Of a DNA stretch of 48,878 bases, positions 25,715-35,400 are shown piece by piece. The notes beneath the pieces were generated by a model. That model was not told where the DNA came from, searched no databases, and saw only the letters and a program-made list of their open reading frames with translations. The position numbers and the translations under genes were made by a program. Position 1 is the stretch's first letter. Each line of letters begins with the position of its first letter. This stretch comes from a virus, in IMG/VR virus record IMGVR_UViG_3300045988_060465, positions 1 to 48,878 of that record; one strand, given 5' to 3'.

Positions 25715-26182
25715 TTATTTTCCTCCAGCTTTCATAATGTCTGCGAAGCAAGATGCACAAGAAGTAATTTCTACGCCTAAGAATTTGGTACAAGCTTCAA
25801 TAAACTTCTTGTTAATCTCCAAAGCGATATTCAATAATTCAGGGTCTCTATCCGAAGCTTGATATGCTTCAAATGCAGTGTACATAGCCATACTTAAATG
25901 TTTAACTAAACACCACTGTTCTCTATCCCCTTTGCCACCAAAAGAATTGTATAGATAAAGCATTTGAGAACGTCTGATGTTGGCATAATCATCAATTTCA
26001 TCCTTTAGTGCTTCAATCTTTTCTAAATTATCAGGAATTTCTTCTTCACTAATTAATCCGTTTTCAACCTCAGAAATACGTTTTTCTAATAAGGTTTTAG
26101 CGTGTAGTTCTGCACTTGCAATTTGTGTAAAACTACGGATAATATCTTCTCCAATTCCCGAAGTGCTATATTTGTTTTCCAT
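25715..26182 (-). CDS. Hypothetical tail accessory protein, 155 aa
   Basis: ORF with TAGATG coupling to the upstream small ORF. Confidence 0.4.
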   Translation of the reverse strand: MENKYSTSGIGEDIIRSFTQIASAELHAKTLLEKRISEVENGLISEEEIPDNLEKIEALKDEIDDYANIRRSQMLYLYNSFGGKGDREQWCLVKHLSMAMYTAFEAYQASDRDPELLNIALEINKKFIEACTKFLGVEITSCASCFADIMKAGGK

Positions 26183-26362
26183 CTACACAACCTCCTTTTT
26201 GTATGCTTTGATAGATAATCTAGCAGACTGTTGTTTTTGTTTTCTTTTAAAGTCAATTTGTTGACTGTTCAATTTCAATAGCGATATGGCAGACTGCCAA
26301 TCTCTATGATTTTGTTTTACATGATTTGATAGGTTTTCAATCCTTTGTTCATATCTATTCAT
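26183..26362 (-). CDS. Unlisted small ORF, 59 aa
   Basis: AAGAGG RBS, then ATG. The stop abuts the next start codon. It fills the 26183..26371 gap. Confidence 0.4.
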   Translation of the reverse strand: MNRYEQRIENLSNHVKQNHRDWQSAISLLKLNSQQIDFKRKQKQQSARLSIKAYKKEVV

Positions 26363-26371
26363 AGATACCTC

Positions 26372-26866
26372 TTATCTGTTTACATGACTATATTTAAGAT
26401 AATTAACTAACGTACAATCAAAATTACCATTTCCTGTTACTTTGATTGTTTTATATCCTGGGTCTAATATTCTATTTCTCTCATCCTCTGAAAGATACCC
26501 ACAAGCTTTAAGAACATCAAAATTAGAATATTGCCCAGGCCATAGTCCATTGCCTGTAATCCATGCTCCGTTGAATTGCTGCTTGAAATATGGTGTCATG
26601 TCTATTCCTTCAATCTCAACATTAAAGTTTGTAGCAGTAGAATTATCTATTACTAGTTTAAACTCAAAACGCTCATAATAAATCAAATCCTGAGAAATTG
26701 ACATTCCTATTACCGCTGGTTTAGAACTTGAACATCCCCATCTAGGGAACTCATACCCATAAAAATCAACTGTGTGGTTTCTACGTTGAATGGAATTGTA
26801 TCTTCCTTTTTCTTTCAAATCATAGACACTATCAGCTAATATATTTATCGCCTTACTAATATCCAT
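26372..26866 (-). CDS. Hypothetical tail/baseplate protein, 164 aa
   Basis: ORF between the Tal and the RBP. Confidence 0.4.
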   Translation of the reverse strand: MDISKAINILADSVYDLKEKGRYNSIQRRNHTVDFYGYEFPRWGCSSSKPAVIGMSISQDLIYYERFEFKLVIDNSTATNFNVEIEGIDMTPYFKQQFNGAWITGNGLWPGQYSNFDVLKACGYLSEDERNRILDPGYKTIKVTGNGNFDCTLVNYLKYSHVNR

Positions 26867-26868
26867 AA

Positions 26869-29160
26869 CTACTCACTCTTTCCGTCTCTATCTGTTCTTA
26901 GGAATTTCTCTAGTGTCAATGTATCTATTTCAATTCCTGTTTTATCTATTTCTCTTTGTAGACTTGTGATATAGAACCAATCGTCTTGTTTTAGAATACG
27001 TTTCATGTATCTATTACAACTTCCCAATTGCAATAAATTGAGATCATAAATAAATCTGATTCTATCACCTACGTTTACTTCTTTAGGCAATGCTTCACAA
27101 GAAGTGTTGATAGAAAACTTTCTTCTTGCGTTAATTAGTTTTCTACAGGCACAATCATATACGACCTTGGCCGCATAAATTCTATCGTTATCAGTAATGA
27201 TAGTTGTTCCGTTTGTAGACTCAGGGTCAATGCTCTGTTGTACATAAACACTCTTTACTCTGAAAATACCAATGATATTTGATGTACTGATTGTTGTCGT
27301 ATTGCAATATGGATAAGGTTGGTTTTGACCAAAGAAATTAGCTCTACCATTACCAGCATCAGAAACGTACATTGCAACGTGTGATGTAGGTGTGTCACCA
27401 CTTCTACCGAATATGCACCAATCACCAAATTGAGGTGTACTAACATAATCAAAGTACTGAGAATAACCTAATTCATCTCTGTTATACCAAATGTAATCTG
27501 CATATCCATCACCGCCAATAGCTCTTGTTGGGTCTGGATAATTCAATGTCTGTAATGCTTTCTTCCATGCATCTACACATTGATATGGTTGTTCAACAGG
27601 AACACCATCCATGTCGATAGATTGACCATTCCATGTGTTAATAAAATTCTGAGCGTTCCAAGGACGGGATTGTGTTTTATCTGTATCTGTTGTAGTACCG
27701 TTATCATCTTGTTCCCAATCAGGAATCAAACCATAAATACGTTGAGCAAATTCAATACGCTTTTGATACTGTAAATCAATAGATGTATCACCACGTTCAT
27801 AATCCGCCATAAAAGCCATTACCATGTAATTCATATCTGCTTCCATGTGTGACCATTGTTGAAATGTGATGTTATAAGAAGAAGTAGGAATCCAAGGGCC
27901 ATTTGTAGCGTTTGTTGACCATTCTTCAACTAACTTAGCTACTTCCCCTTTTCCGTACATTGTGTAGCTTGTATATCCATGAGAGCCTAACCAATTTGTA
28001 ATTCGTGTGTATGGTGTCCATTGAACCAATCCAAATCCTTTTTGAGAATCAGGAACATCACCCATTTGATACAAGTTAGGGTTTAAGGTTGATTCTACGT
28101 GACACGAACCACATAAAGCAGCAATAGCAGATTTGCTCCAAATGTCTTTTAAAGAGTGCCACAAGGCTTTAGCGTTGTTTATTTCCTCTGTATCCGTCAA
28201 AAATCTTTGCTCTTTAGGAATGACCCATTTATAGTCCTTAGAGTCTTTTGTCATATCCTCTAAGCTAAATGGTGATAAATCATCAAATGCAAATGTTCCT
28301 TCAATGAATACACCACTTTCATATCCAACTGATTCCGTATCAATAATGGAATATTCCAATTGATTGTTAGGAGCTAATTTAGGAAAGTCTACATATTCAT
28401 AATCACGCTCGTTATTTATGTTTGACCTCAAAATAACTACAGGAAACTTAGGGTTCTGCAAGCTTTTATCGTTATACACTTCTCTCAGAGATAAAGAGGA
28501 CATACCACTATCAGACTTATTAGCATAAACTGTAGCAAGGTTAATAACATCTGAAAAATCGGTTTCCATTGTTGGCTCACCAATGATTCTGTAATTTCTT
28601 CCTAATGTTGGTTTATTGGAAAGCATAACGGGTTGCTTCTTTCCAAAATATCCAACTTCAACTTGCTTATCATTCGTAAACGGTACTCTCCAATAAACAG
28701 ATGGTGTCAATTCACAAGTTTTAGTAAGTGCATCTAATTTAGATTGTCTAGAATAAACGTAGTCAATCTTTTCACTATCAATCTCAGTTTCAAAATTCAT
28801 CTTCCACTGAGTCGAATAATACATATCTTCACTTTCGTATACGTTCTTTATAAGAGCGTTTTTAACCGCATAATTTGTTGGTACTTGCCTATATGTCCAT
28901 TCGTTAATTACGTGCGTTAGAGATATGTTTAAACCACTTACAGAGGGTTTGTAGTCGGTAATCATTCCGTAGAAAACTCCACAATCCATAATTACTCGCA
29001 TTTCTTTTCTTCCTGAGATTAAATCGTAGTATTCGTTAGGAATTGTGATTTGCATTTCAGGTACTGTCATCAACTCATTTGAAAAACTGATTGTGCTTAA
29101 AGCTTCTCTGAATCTTTTCTTAACTTTTCCAAATTCTAATATTTCAAAGTAAGGAATCAT
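26869..29160 (-). CDS. Tail-associated lysin (Tal) with a prophage tail endopeptidase N-domain, a lysozyme-like domain and C-terminal CHAP
   Basis: ALCGSCHVESTLNPN...GFGLVQWTP (tail lysozyme-like). C-terminal QCVDAW...GDWCIFGRSGDTPTSHVAMYV (CHAP Cys/His). Confidence 0.65.
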   Translation of the reverse strand: MIPYFEILEFGKVKKRFREALSTISFSNELMTVPEMQITIPNEYYDLISGRKEMRVIMDCGVFYGMITDYKPSVSGLNISLTHVINEWTYRQVPTNYAVKNALIKNVYESEDMYYSTQWKMNFETEIDSEKIDYVYSRQSKLDALTKTCELTPSVYWRVPFTNDKQVEVGYFGKKQPVMLSNKPTLGRNYRIIGEPTMETDFSDVINLATVYANKSDSGMSSLSLREVYNDKSLQNPKFPVVILRSNINNERDYEYVDFPKLAPNNQLEYSIIDTESVGYESGVFIEGTFAFDDLSPFSLEDMTKDSKDYKWVIPKEQRFLTDTEEINNAKALWHSLKDIWSKSAIAALCGSCHVESTLNPNLYQMGDVPDSQKGFGLVQWTPYTRITNWLGSHGYTSYTMYGKGEVAKLVEEWSTNATNGPWIPTSSYNITFQQWSHMEADMNYMVMAFMADYERGDTSIDLQYQKRIEFAQRIYGLIPDWEQDDNGTTTDTDKTQSRPWNAQNFINTWNGQSIDMDGVPVEQPYQCVDAWKKALQTLNYPDPTRAIGGDGYADYIWYNRDELGYSQYFDYVSTPQFGDWCIFGRSGDTPTSHVAMYVSDAGNGRANFFGQNQPYPYCNTTTISTSNIIGIFRVKSVYVQQSIDPESTNGTTIITDNDRIYAAKVVYDCACRKLINARRKFSINTSCEALPKEVNVGDRIRFIYDLNLLQLGSCNRYMKRILKQDDWFYITSLQREIDKTGIEIDTLTLEKFLRTDRDGKSE

Positions 29161-29168
29161 ATTTACTC

Positions 29169-29885
29169 CTAACTACCAATTTTGCCTTGTCCTACCCATT
29201 TACCATTTTTTCTGATTCTACTTGACCCTTGGTTTTCTTTGTTCGCTTTATCGGCACTGTACTTGCCAATAGTAACCCAAGAGTCTTTAACTCTCTTTTT
29301 AAACCATCCTGTAGCTCTATCCAACGAATAGAATATGCCACCTTTTCTTACTGCCCATGGTCTGAAATCAGGGATAACCTGTTGAATAGAATATATATTC
29401 TCGTAAGGGAATGTAGCATCTTCACCTCTTAATTCAACTTTAACATGTGTTGTATCTGTTGGAAGTTGTAGCTTACCGCTCCATTGACTATTTTGTGCCA
29501 CTGTTTCCCAACCTGATGAATAAGCCAATGACCATGTATCGGCATGAGAGAATATTACTTGATTGTAAATCTCTCTCCATGATGCTTTGTTGTTGTTAGA
29601 AACACTAATGATCAAAATATAGTTGTATCTTCCACCATACTGTACATACTTTCCGTTACCTGTATATTGACCAGCATCCGTTACACCATATCCAACTAAA
29701 TCTAACGTGAATGCAACACCATAGTTTCCATCATCTGAAAAGTTGATACCTTTTCCATACCCTTTAGCATGGGCGGTAGCAAGAGGAAATCCAAAGTCTG
29801 CGGTATCGCCTGGATTCCCACCTAATATTACATTTGCATATGGCCCTGTGTTATCGTAAGCTCCATGAAAGTTTTGCCATGCCAT
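29169..29885 (-). CDS. Hypothetical Gly/Tyr-rich tail protein, 238 aa
   Basis: ORF between the Dit and the Tal. Confidence 0.4.
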   Translation of the reverse strand: MAWQNFHGAYDNTGPYANVILGGNPGDTADFGFPLATAHAKGYGKGINFSDDGNYGVAFTLDLVGYGVTDAGQYTGNGKYVQYGGRYNYILIISVSNNNKASWREIYNQVIFSHADTWSLAYSSGWETVAQNSQWSGKLQLPTDTTHVKVELRGEDATFPYENIYSIQQVIPDFRPWAVRKGGIFYSLDRATGWFKKRVKDSWVTIGKYSADKANKENQGSSRIRKNGKWVGQGKIGS

Positions 29886-30487
29886 TAAACACCACCAGCC
29901 AAATCATTCTCAGAACTTCCGTTATTAGTACGGATGTATGAGTTTCCATCAGGAGTACCACCAAAGATATTGATATTACCTGTTGCAATACTTCTTCCGT
30001 CATTGAATTTTCCTTCAAATACAGTATCTCCTGTTTGCTTCCATGCACCACTGTTTTTAAGGTTCGTAAGAATCTTTTCGACCGCACTGTACATATCTCC
30101 AACGCTGCCTTCGATACCACCAACCTTATTTTGTAATGCTCTGATAGCATTCCAAATCTTTTGGATTTCTGCCCATAGTTTCTCGATTTCTTCCCATTGC
30201 CCACAATCAGAACAAATCATTACATCCATGATACTGATTAGGTTCTTTTCCAAATCTTTGATAGCTTCTTTTGTATCGCAAACATCATATGTATCAATCT
30301 TTTCTAGCAATCCGCCTAATAAGCAATCGTTCATATCGTGCATATCTGTACAGTTATTGTGGCCCTTGTTTTCAAAACCTTGGTTTACTTTAAGATTTGC
30401 ACAAATAGTATCTGTTACACCTTTTTGAATGAAATTACTGCTCGTAGCTTTTAAAGAATCGCAAGCAGAACAAACATCTTTATTCAT
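29885..30487 (-). CDS. Tail protein with an N-terminal 8-Cys domain (paralog of 30501..31346)
   Basis: Cys at positions 6, 9, 29, 46, 55, 70, 92 and 95: C-x2-C-x19-C-x16-C-x8-C-x14-C-x21-C-x2-C. Confidence 0.45.
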   Translation of the reverse strand: MNKDVCSACDSLKATSSNFIQKGVTDTICANLKVNQGFENKGHNNCTDMHDMNDCLLGGLLEKIDTYDVCDTKEAIKDLEKNLISIMDVMICSDCGQWEEIEKLWAEIQKIWNAIRALQNKVGGIEGSVGDMYSAVEKILTNLKNSGAWKQTGDTVFEGKFNDGRSIATGNINIFGGTPDGNSYIRTNNGSSENDLAGGV

Positions 30488-30500
30488 TTATGTGTACCTC

Positions 30501-31346
30501 CTAATCTCTACAGATAACAAAATTCACCTTGTTATCATTTACAAAACGAGTGTGTAGAGATATTTCATCATCTTCTAGCCAATCAACATAAATAGAAAGG
30601 AATTGCAACCAATTTGTTGTTTCTCCAGCTTTTACTGTTCCACTCATGCTTAATTCCACTGTTTTGTTAATATCTTCTTCAAATGAAGCATTTGTGATTT
30701 TTTGATATACCAACGATCCACTCTTATTAGGAACACGAATTGAAACAGTTGGAGCTGAGCCAGCGGAAACTCCCGTCATTTTATAAGAGTAGTGTTTCAA
30801 TGTAACACTGTTGAATTTGTATGTAGCACTCTTATCTTTGTTAGGCTTCATACAGAAATCTACTTTTCCTGTAATAACTCCGTCCGCTACTTTCGTATAT
30901 TCACTTGTGTGAATCCAATCTGAATATCTGAATGTGAAATTACCTTGTCTGTCAATTTCAACACTCAATTCAGGTGTAGACTGTTGAATCGTGTATTGTG
31001 TTTCGATTGCCAAGTTTTGAAGTTGAAGATTATACAACTGGTCTTGCAATCCACACATCCAACAAATCATAGCTGCTTTCATGTTGTAATCATTGTTAGC
31101 ATATTGACTCATGAATAATTTCCAATCACACAAATCAAATCCATCTATGATGTCATATAAGCCCTTTGTAAGGCAATCGTTGGCATTTTCCATGTCTGTA
31201 CACGTATTATTGCCATTCTCAGGATTTAAGCCTGTATCGCTTCCTAAAGACGTACAGATTGAATCTGTAACACCATTTTGGATAAACTCTGCACTGCTAT
31301 CTTTTAGTTTTCCACAAGCAGTGCAATAACTTTTAACATTTGCCAC
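30501..31346 (-). CDS. Tail protein with an N-terminal 8-Cys domain (paralog of 29885..30487)
   Basis: Cys at positions 8, 11, 31, 49, 58, 73, 95 and 98, with the same spacing as its neighbour. The flanking residues FIQ.GVTD.IC and NCTDM...NDCL are shared. Confidence 0.45.
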   Translation of the reverse strand: MANVKSYCTACGKLKDSSAEFIQNGVTDSICTSLGSDTGLNPENGNNTCTDMENANDCLTKGLYDIIDGFDLCDWKLFMSQYANNDYNMKAAMICWMCGLQDQLYNLQLQNLAIETQYTIQQSTPELSVEIDRQGNFTFRYSDWIHTSEYTKVADGVITGKVDFCMKPNKDKSATYKFNSVTLKHYSYKMTGVSAGSAPTVSIRVPNKSGSLVYQKITNASFEEDINKTVELSMSGTVKAGETTNWLQFLSIYVDWLEDDEISLHTRFVNDNKVNFVICRD

Positions 31347-31357
31347 TGCAAGCCTCC

Positions 31358-32455
31358 TTAATTTGTAAGTTCATCAACATCTATATATACACAAGCCATC
31401 TTACAACATGAGCCTGTGACAACTAATCTATTCATTCCATGATGTACTGTGAATCCAAATTCATCTTCGATAACTAGATTATCTAAATCTACTTCCTCTG
31501 ATGCACAACATCCATCCGCAGTAAAGTATAAGTTCCAACTTGAATCAAGTGTTAAAATTCCATCATATTCGCCTAGAATCATCATTTTGTTTCCGTTGAT
31601 TTCAATTTCAGGGTTTTGGAATTTACCATCTAGAATCAATTTTACTTTGTCGGTATCTAACACTGTTCCACTGTAGAATCTTCCAGCAATTGACTCAACA
31701 CAATAATCTTTTTTACAGATTTTGTTTTTAATCAAATCATCACCGAAAATCTGTTCACCTTTGATGCAATCGTAGACAATCTTGTATGAATTGCCACAAT
31801 TCATAAAATCTTCCAATGCTTTAGTACCCATTACGCATAAAGATGTTTCCTCTGTAATGTCTCCACAATCACATAAACACGAATTGCAGGTTTCCATATC
31901 AGAGGGGCAAGCAACACAACATGATAAACATTCTTGAGCATCTCTGAAATTCTCACAATCAAGGATATTACATACAGAATAAGGAACTAAGAATGTTTTC
32001 TTCGTGTCTGCAATATGCCAAACACCTTCCCAAAGTTTGAAATCAATATCCATTGATAAATAGCCTTGGTATTTTTTGTAATCTTCACTAAATCCTGTGA
32101 CATAGGCCCATGCCCAAATCAATTTGTTATCTTGAATTGCCCATAACCTACCAGGTTTAAGCAAATTCAAATTGAAATAGTCACGTAGGAATCTTCTATC
32201 TTCATCATGAAAATGTTCATAATTAAAATTCAATGTTAAGGACAAGTCACCTTCCGTAAGAAACTGTTGATTCTTTTGGAAAGCAACATAACTACCATGT
32301 CCGTAACTATATTCTTGCGTTGCAGTCTTTGTATCTTGCTTTAGAGAGGCAGAGGAAATCTCCTCCGCACTGTCTATTACAAGATCATTGAACTGAACGT
32401 ATGTTTTTAATGGGTTTAAGTTATAACAAGTCATTATGCCAAACCTCTCAAGCAT
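31358..32455 (-). CDS. Distal tail protein (Dit)-like with a Cys-rich C-terminal extension
   Basis: Position right after the TMP and an N-terminal Dit-like pattern. The C-terminal roughly 200 aa carry about 20 Cys, including three CC pairs. Confidence 0.5.
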   Translation of the reverse strand: MLERFGIMTCYNLNPLKTYVQFNDLVIDSAEEISSASLKQDTKTATQEYSYGHGSYVAFQKNQQFLTEGDLSLTLNFNYEHFHDEDRRFLRDYFNLNLLKPGRLWAIQDNKLIWAWAYVTGFSEDYKKYQGYLSMDIDFKLWEGVWHIADTKKTFLVPYSVCNILDCENFRDAQECLSCCVACPSDMETCNSCLCDCGDITEETSLCVMGTKALEDFMNCGNSYKIVYDCIKGEQIFGDDLIKNKICKKDYCVESIAGRFYSGTVLDTDKVKLILDGKFQNPEIEINGNKMMILGEYDGILTLDSSWNLYFTADGCCASEEVDLDNLVIEDEFGFTVHHGMNRLVVTGSCCKMACVYIDVDELTN

Positions 32456-35400
32456 CTACCTACTTTGATAGCCTGCCTTCTTTCGTTTCCTTCGTTGAAA
32501 GCGATACTGTTATTCGTAACACGATTATCGTTATTGTTGATAGTCACATTCTTATTAACAACGCTTCCAACATGAGAACCATATCTAGTAGACAATTCTT
32601 TGAACGCACCTTTCAAATCCATGTTATTTACTTTATCCATGAAACTTTGACCTGCGTTCTTAACTGCACTACGTTTCATTACATACTCACCAGGAGTCAA
32701 CATAGCAGGTACTGTATCTGTTCCACTAGGTTTCATAACAATTGGTTGTCCGCCTCGTTTTAAGTAAACTGGGCCACCTTTAGCAAACTTAAAGTTTTTT
32801 CCTTGTGATTCATTGCCTCTGTTTACTGTAGGAGTATTTGTACCACCTGTATTAATGTTTCCTGATTGATTGTTGAACGCATTTTTAAATGCACTTCCTA
32901 AGTATTGTCCTAAATCTGTGAATCGTGTTGAATATCCATACATCATAGTAATCTGATTAGATATTGAACTAGACATATTAGAGATACCTTCACTAAATCC
33001 ACTTACAACATCTCTTCCAAACTTCTTACCTACTGATTTGAAGCTTTTCTTCTTCAATGAAGCTTTGGCATTATCAATCTTAGTTCCAAATGAACCTTCA
33101 ATATCAATGCTTTTGAAACCTTCAATAATTCCATTGGCCATATCTGTACCAGAGGTATTAAATTCAGATTTCATATTTGATAAAGTCGTGGCCATGTTAT
33201 GGAATGAAGTAACGATTGAGTTTACTTCTGTAACAACACTTGTAGTGGCTTCTCCAACTTTTAATCCCTTAACATTGTCTAGGAATGTTTGAATACCTGT
33301 TGTGACTTCTCCAATCTTAACGAAATCTAGATTTAATCCAACGATAGAATTTAAGCTTTCACACGTTTTTTTCAACTTAGAAACAGTCTTATTAACTGTG
33401 TCCATATTCTCTAGATTTTCAGTTAATCCTTTGTTGGTTGCCATTTCATTCACTGCATTTCCAATACTTTTGATATTGGCTCTCAGTGTTTCAAAGTCGA
33501 AATCAGTTGAATAGACGTTCAAAGTTCCAAACTTGAGGATTATATCGCCTAAAGTTGTAATCGCCTTTAGTGCGTTATTAAATAGCTTAGAATCAGGCAT
33601 TTGTCTCAAGTTATAAGACAACATATTTTTGTCTTTTCCTGTTCCAACACCAGCTACAGAAATATATCCAATCGCTTGAGAAATACTAGTGATTGTCTTT
33701 TTAATATCCTCTGCATTTGGTAAAGGATTGTTTGTAATCGTTGCTTGCAAGTTTCCAAATTCAGGAACAATCTGTTCCAAAATCTTCAATGTATCTAGGA
33801 ACTCTTGAGCATTTGTAGAGTTTAAATTAGATTTAATACTCTTTGTAACATCAGGAAACACAATCTTCTTCATTTCACTAACAACACTAGCTACATTCTT
33901 TAAAATGCTTGTACAATTCTCAACGTTAATTGAACTTCCGTTGATACTAGACATTTTAGAAAGGCTAGAAGCCATTGTTGTATAGTTCTTAACGATACTG
34001 TTTGCATCTGCAATGTTTGTTGCACTTGATGTGCTAACTGTAGGAAACTCAAAATCATTAATATTCTTGATAACTTCTTGAATATCTTTGAATTGATCGT
34101 TGAAAGAACTACTATCAATACTCATTCCTTGTACTTTTGAAATTGATTCTCCAATAGTAACAAGTTTCTTTAGAATCCTAGTAATATTCCAAGTCTCCAT
34201 GTTTTTCCATAAAGACTCAGAACTTTTAATAACTTGACTCCACCAAGAAGAATATGTTCCTCCGCCTTCAAACATATCTATGACATCCATAATTCCTTGG
34301 ATTTTCTTTTTAAGTCCTCTTGTGTTTGAAGGAACATTCTTATCGACTTCTTGCATAGCCTTAGCACAAGCAATCAACGTACCAGCTAGTCCTGTTGTTG
34401 TTATCATTCCTAGCACTTGAGCCAATGTAGTGATTCCACCCGTTAGGACACCAGCACCACCTTGAATACCTGTAATAAGTGTCATAGAGCCTATACATTC
34501 AAATAAGCCTAATAACTTATCGTTGAATGTGTCGAATCCATCAGGCATAGTTTTATCTAGCTCTTGCATAGCCTTTGCAAATAGCCATAAAGCTCCGCCT
34601 TGACCAACCATCAATGCTAATCCTGTTAAGGCATTGTTCATCTCTAATGCTTTTGAAACTCCTGCATTAATCGTATTAGCTCCCATCATCAATCCCATTA
34701 CAGAGAATAGATTTGTTAATCGCATAGGCAATGTTGTAATGTCATTTGGAACATTCTTTTCAATTTCCTTTATAGCTTTGCAATAAAGAATAATTGTTCC
34801 TGCCCCACCAGCTATGATAGCTAATGAAGATAATTTATTTTTAAATCCTTCTGCATCAAAAGTTTTTGGAGTACCTGTCGCAGTAGTAATCTCATCTGAA
34901 CTCTTGAATACATCTTTAATAGAACTGAATTTACTTCCTAGTTTTCCTAGGAAAGGAATATTGAAACTTTTTCCTTTGAATTTTGAAGAAATGTTTACTA
35001 AATCTCCTAAAAGGCTAATTCCACCGCTTCCAAGTTTCATTAACTTACCAGCATACTTTAATCCAATACCAATTTGGATGTAGTCTGATACGAAACGTCC
35101 TAATCCTTTAGAAAAGCTTCCGTCTCCCATTTCGGTGATTTTATCTTTTGCAAAATCATAGAAATCACCAAGAATAGGCTTGAAGAAATCAATTACACCT
35201 TGGAAATCTCCTAATCCTTCTTTAAAACCACCAACAAAATCTTTGAAACTGAATGTTTTTAAAACGCTCCATAATTCAGTAAACTTTGTTTTTATGAAGT
35301 CTATACCTTCGCCAATCTCTTTTTTATGACCTCTAATGAAGTTTGCTCCTATATCTCCTAAGCCTTCAACTTTTTGAGAAAGTTTGTAGATATTTCCATA

